Origin: Bacteriovoracia bacterium
GTDB lineage: Bacteria > Bdellovibrionota > UBA1018 > JBFWNL01
Length of the DNA: 64,000 nt
Assembly: GCA_050251055.1 (NCBI GenBank)
Contig: JBFWNL010000001.1
Span: 612,449 to 676,448 of the forward strand
Direction of reading: 5' to 3'
Under the pieces are notes generated by a model. That model was not told the DNA's origin. It searched no databases and saw only the letters and a list, made by a program, of their open reading frames with translations. Below, in pieces: positions 62,226-64,000 of the stretch. The number at the start of each line of letters is the position of its first letter. The first letter of the stretch is position 1. Position numbers and translations under genes: made by a program.

Positions 62226-64000
62226 TCAGCTATCCAGGACGGAAGTGGCGCCAGTTTTTTGACTCTTCGCTTGTAGGCCCTCGGGGCAATCAGGACGAAA
62301 CACGCAATGCGAGCACTCCGGACCCGGTTGGGGCCGCCCAAAATCCCCGTCCACCAAAGCATTCGCCGCTTCGGTCAATCGGGCCAACTCTTCCGGCCAA
62401 GGCGTGGATATCCAATCCGGTAGCGTCAGAGGTACCTCACGCACACCGTCGGAGGTGATTTGCACCAGCACTGCCCGGGTCTTTCCTCGAGCGGCAGGTT
62501 CCAATCTTCCCAACGCCCATGCGTAAAGTTCCATCTGGAAGCGATAGTCCGCCTCGAGCGCGGCGGTCGACTTTCGGGGGCCGGTCACTTTGAAATCCAA
62601 CACGCACCACTCGTCACCGATGCGCGCTACACGATCCATGGCCCCCACCAGCACGTCATCGAGTTTCGCGCCGACGGGAATTTCGAAGGCAAGCTCCGGC
62701 CAGGCGGCGTCGGCCTGGAACCAAGGCGTGCTCTCCGCCCATCGCACGAGCGCGTCAGCATCGAAGCGCGCGGCCGTTCCGTCGTCGCCGAGGCTAACGT
62801 CCCTCAACGCGCGCAGCTTTTCCGCGGTTTCGGCGATGGTCGCGCGGGTGCCTAGGTGCTCGAGGCATTCGTGGATGCGCGTACCGAGTTCCCGCGCGTC
62901 GATGCCTTGGGAGCTGGGCGCCTGGCTTTCGGCACCCCCACCTTCGTTGACGAACTTCGCAAGCACGGGCGAGGCGAACGAGGAGGCCGGGCGTGGGCGA
63001 ATCACGTTCCACTCGTAGGCCCGGGGGCACTTTTTCAACAGGTTCCATTCGGTGACGCTGAAACGGGGCCGACGCCAGCTGACCCGAGGCGCGGTGGACG
63101 GCGAGAGCGGCCCAAGGCTTGGGTTTCGTGGGGTCTCCATGTTCGGAACGGGAACCTCCCGCTCACCCTCCGATCCAGAAGTGGCCGAGGAGGCGGGCAG
63201 GATTCGGTCCAGTGGCTGCGCGTCGGCCTCGATCCAGCCGCGCCAGTTGTCCTCAAGGTAGATCGCGCCCGGCTCCGCCGCCTTTGCGGGACGTCCGGAG
63301 GGCCGCGCCGCCGCCTTATCGGGAAGCATCGCTAGCACGAGACGCTCCTGGGCGCGCGTCAGCGCTACGTAAAAGAGGCGCTTGGATTCGGCTAAGTTTT
63401 TTCGACTCTCGCTCTCCCGCCAAAGCTCTTCTTCCGGATCGCCCCGATCCCGCTCGCCGTCTTCGTTCCGCTGGGCGAGATAGGCGCCGTCCACGCGATC
63501 CCAAAACAGCAGCGGCGCATTCGGCGCGCGCGTCTTGCCCTCCAAGTCGACCAGAATCACGTGCGGAAACTCCAGCCCTTTGGACGCGTGCAGGGTGAGT
63601 ACGCGCAGCTGCCCGCGGTTCCGCGGCGGGGGCACGTCCCGCTCGCGTTTGCTTGCCTCCACCGCGCGCGCGAGCTCGAGCACCGTCGCGTGAAAGTCCA
63701 GGCCCTCCGCTGAAAACTCCTCACAGCGATGCCATAGTCCGAGCAGCTGCGCCCCCAGCTCCGCTTCGATCGTGGAGTCGGCTAGTAACGCGAGCAAGAG
63801 TTCGCCCGGGCGCGGGGCGCGCGCGCGCCAAGGCGCCAACGTGCGCGCCAGCAAACCGGCGGTCAGCGCCGCCATGGGTGATTCGCTCGGCGCCGCGTTC
63901 GCCAGCGCGAAAAATGGCTTTACCCAAGTGGGATCCTGTCGCGACCACTCGTCGAGCACCAGGTCGGGCGTCCCCACCCAGGGCGCACGCAGGAAAATCG
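62226..64000 (-). CDS. UvrD-family helicase / PD-(D/E)xK nuclease, C-terminal portion (AddA/AddB/RecB-like with a Cas4-type Cys cluster). Partial: the reading frame is open to the window edge.
   Basis: LRVLTLHASKGLEFPHVILVDLE is helicase motif VI-like. The nuclease core reads ...EWCVLDFKVTGP...YRFQMELYAW. The terminal Cys cluster is CSHCVFRPDC. There is no stop codon between 63977 and 64000 in this frame. Confidence 0.65.
   Translation of the reverse strand, partial: IFLRAPWVGTPDLVLDEWSRQDPTWVKPFFALANAAPSESPMAALTAGLLARTLAPWRARAPRPGELLLALLADSTIEAELGAQLLGLWHRCEEFSAEGLDFHATVLELARAVEASKRERDVPPPRNRGQLRVLTLHASKGLEFPHVILVDLEGKTRAPNAPLLFWDRVDGAYLAQRNEDGERDRGDPEEELWRESESRKNLAESKRLFYVALTRAQERLVLAMLPDKAAARPSGRPAKAAEPGAIYLEDNWRGWIEADAQPLDRILPASSATSGSEGEREVPVPNMETPRNPSLGPLSPSTAPRVSWRRPRFSVTEWNLLKKCPRAYEWNVIRPRPASSFASPVLAKFVNEGGGAESQAPSSQGIDARELGTRIHECLEHLGTRATIAETAEKLRALRDVSLGDDGTAARFDADALVRWAESTPWFQADAAWPELAFEIPVGAKLDDVLVGAMDRVARIGDEWCVLDFKVTGPRKSTAALEADYRFQMELYAWALGRLEPAARGKTRAVLVQITSDGVREVPLTLPDWISTPWPEELARLTEAANALVDGDFGRPQPGPECSHCVFRPDCPEGLQAKSQKTGATSVLDS

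Noticed and set aside
1-64000. CRISPR arrays, rRNA/tRNA genes, integrases and transposases.
   Set aside because: I scanned for short regularly spaced direct repeats, TTCGA T-loops with closing stems, and recombinase or transposase motifs. None were found. The only tandem repeats are coding (47812..48276), and the only large inverted repeat is the rsmD-coaD element.

Overview
This 64 kb window is high-GC (~60 %) Gram-negative chromosome, and about 85 % of its coding sequence lies on the minus strand. I found no rRNA or tRNA genes, no CRISPR array, and no transposase, integrase or phage genes.

Recognisable housekeeping genes:
- queA and a SpoIID/LytB-domain protein.
- A panB-coaX-coaBC-panC block that also carries an ilvC-like ketol-acid reductoisomerase.
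- uvrC, a family-4-like uracil-DNA glycosylase, and apbC/mrp with a Bfd-like [2Fe-2S] protein.
- An aspartate aminotransferase, coaD-rsmD, rpsT, pyrE, and a lytic transglycosylase with LysM domains.

Both ends of the window carry paralogous envelope-spanning modules that resemble the Myxococcus/Bdellovibrio Agl/Glt gliding-motility machinery:
- Left end: a partial GltA/B-like outer-membrane barrel, a TonB-C-terminal (AgmX/PglI-like) protein, a 1209-aa TPR protein, two ExbD/TolR genes and one ExbB/TolQ gene.
- Right end: a GltA/B-like barrel, 527-aa and 1232-aa TPR proteins, an FHA + TonB-C protein, and a protein with two GYF-like (DUF4339) motifs fused to a canonical PilZ domain.

The centre holds the least characterised material:
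- An orphan 911-aa / 238-aa gene pair. A 20 %-GC tract lies upstream of the first gene. Between the genes is a near-consensus sigma-54 -24/-12 element followed by a leader with a perfect 12-bp GC hairpin and poly-C runs. The pair sits next to an NtrY/NtrX-like sigma-54 two-component system.
- A 1429-aa secreted coiled-coil/Ig-like giant protein, convergent with an S8 subtilase.
- A secreted protein with three 47-aa Cys-bounded repeats.
- A secreted HNH nuclease.
- Several Cys-rich lipoproteins.
- Two structured intergenic elements: a ~185-bp nested palindrome between rsmD and coaD, and a 22-bp perfect palindrome with long-range complementarity upstream of a glycerophosphodiester phosphodiesterase gene.

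All functional calls rest on motif recognition by eye. No database searches were run.
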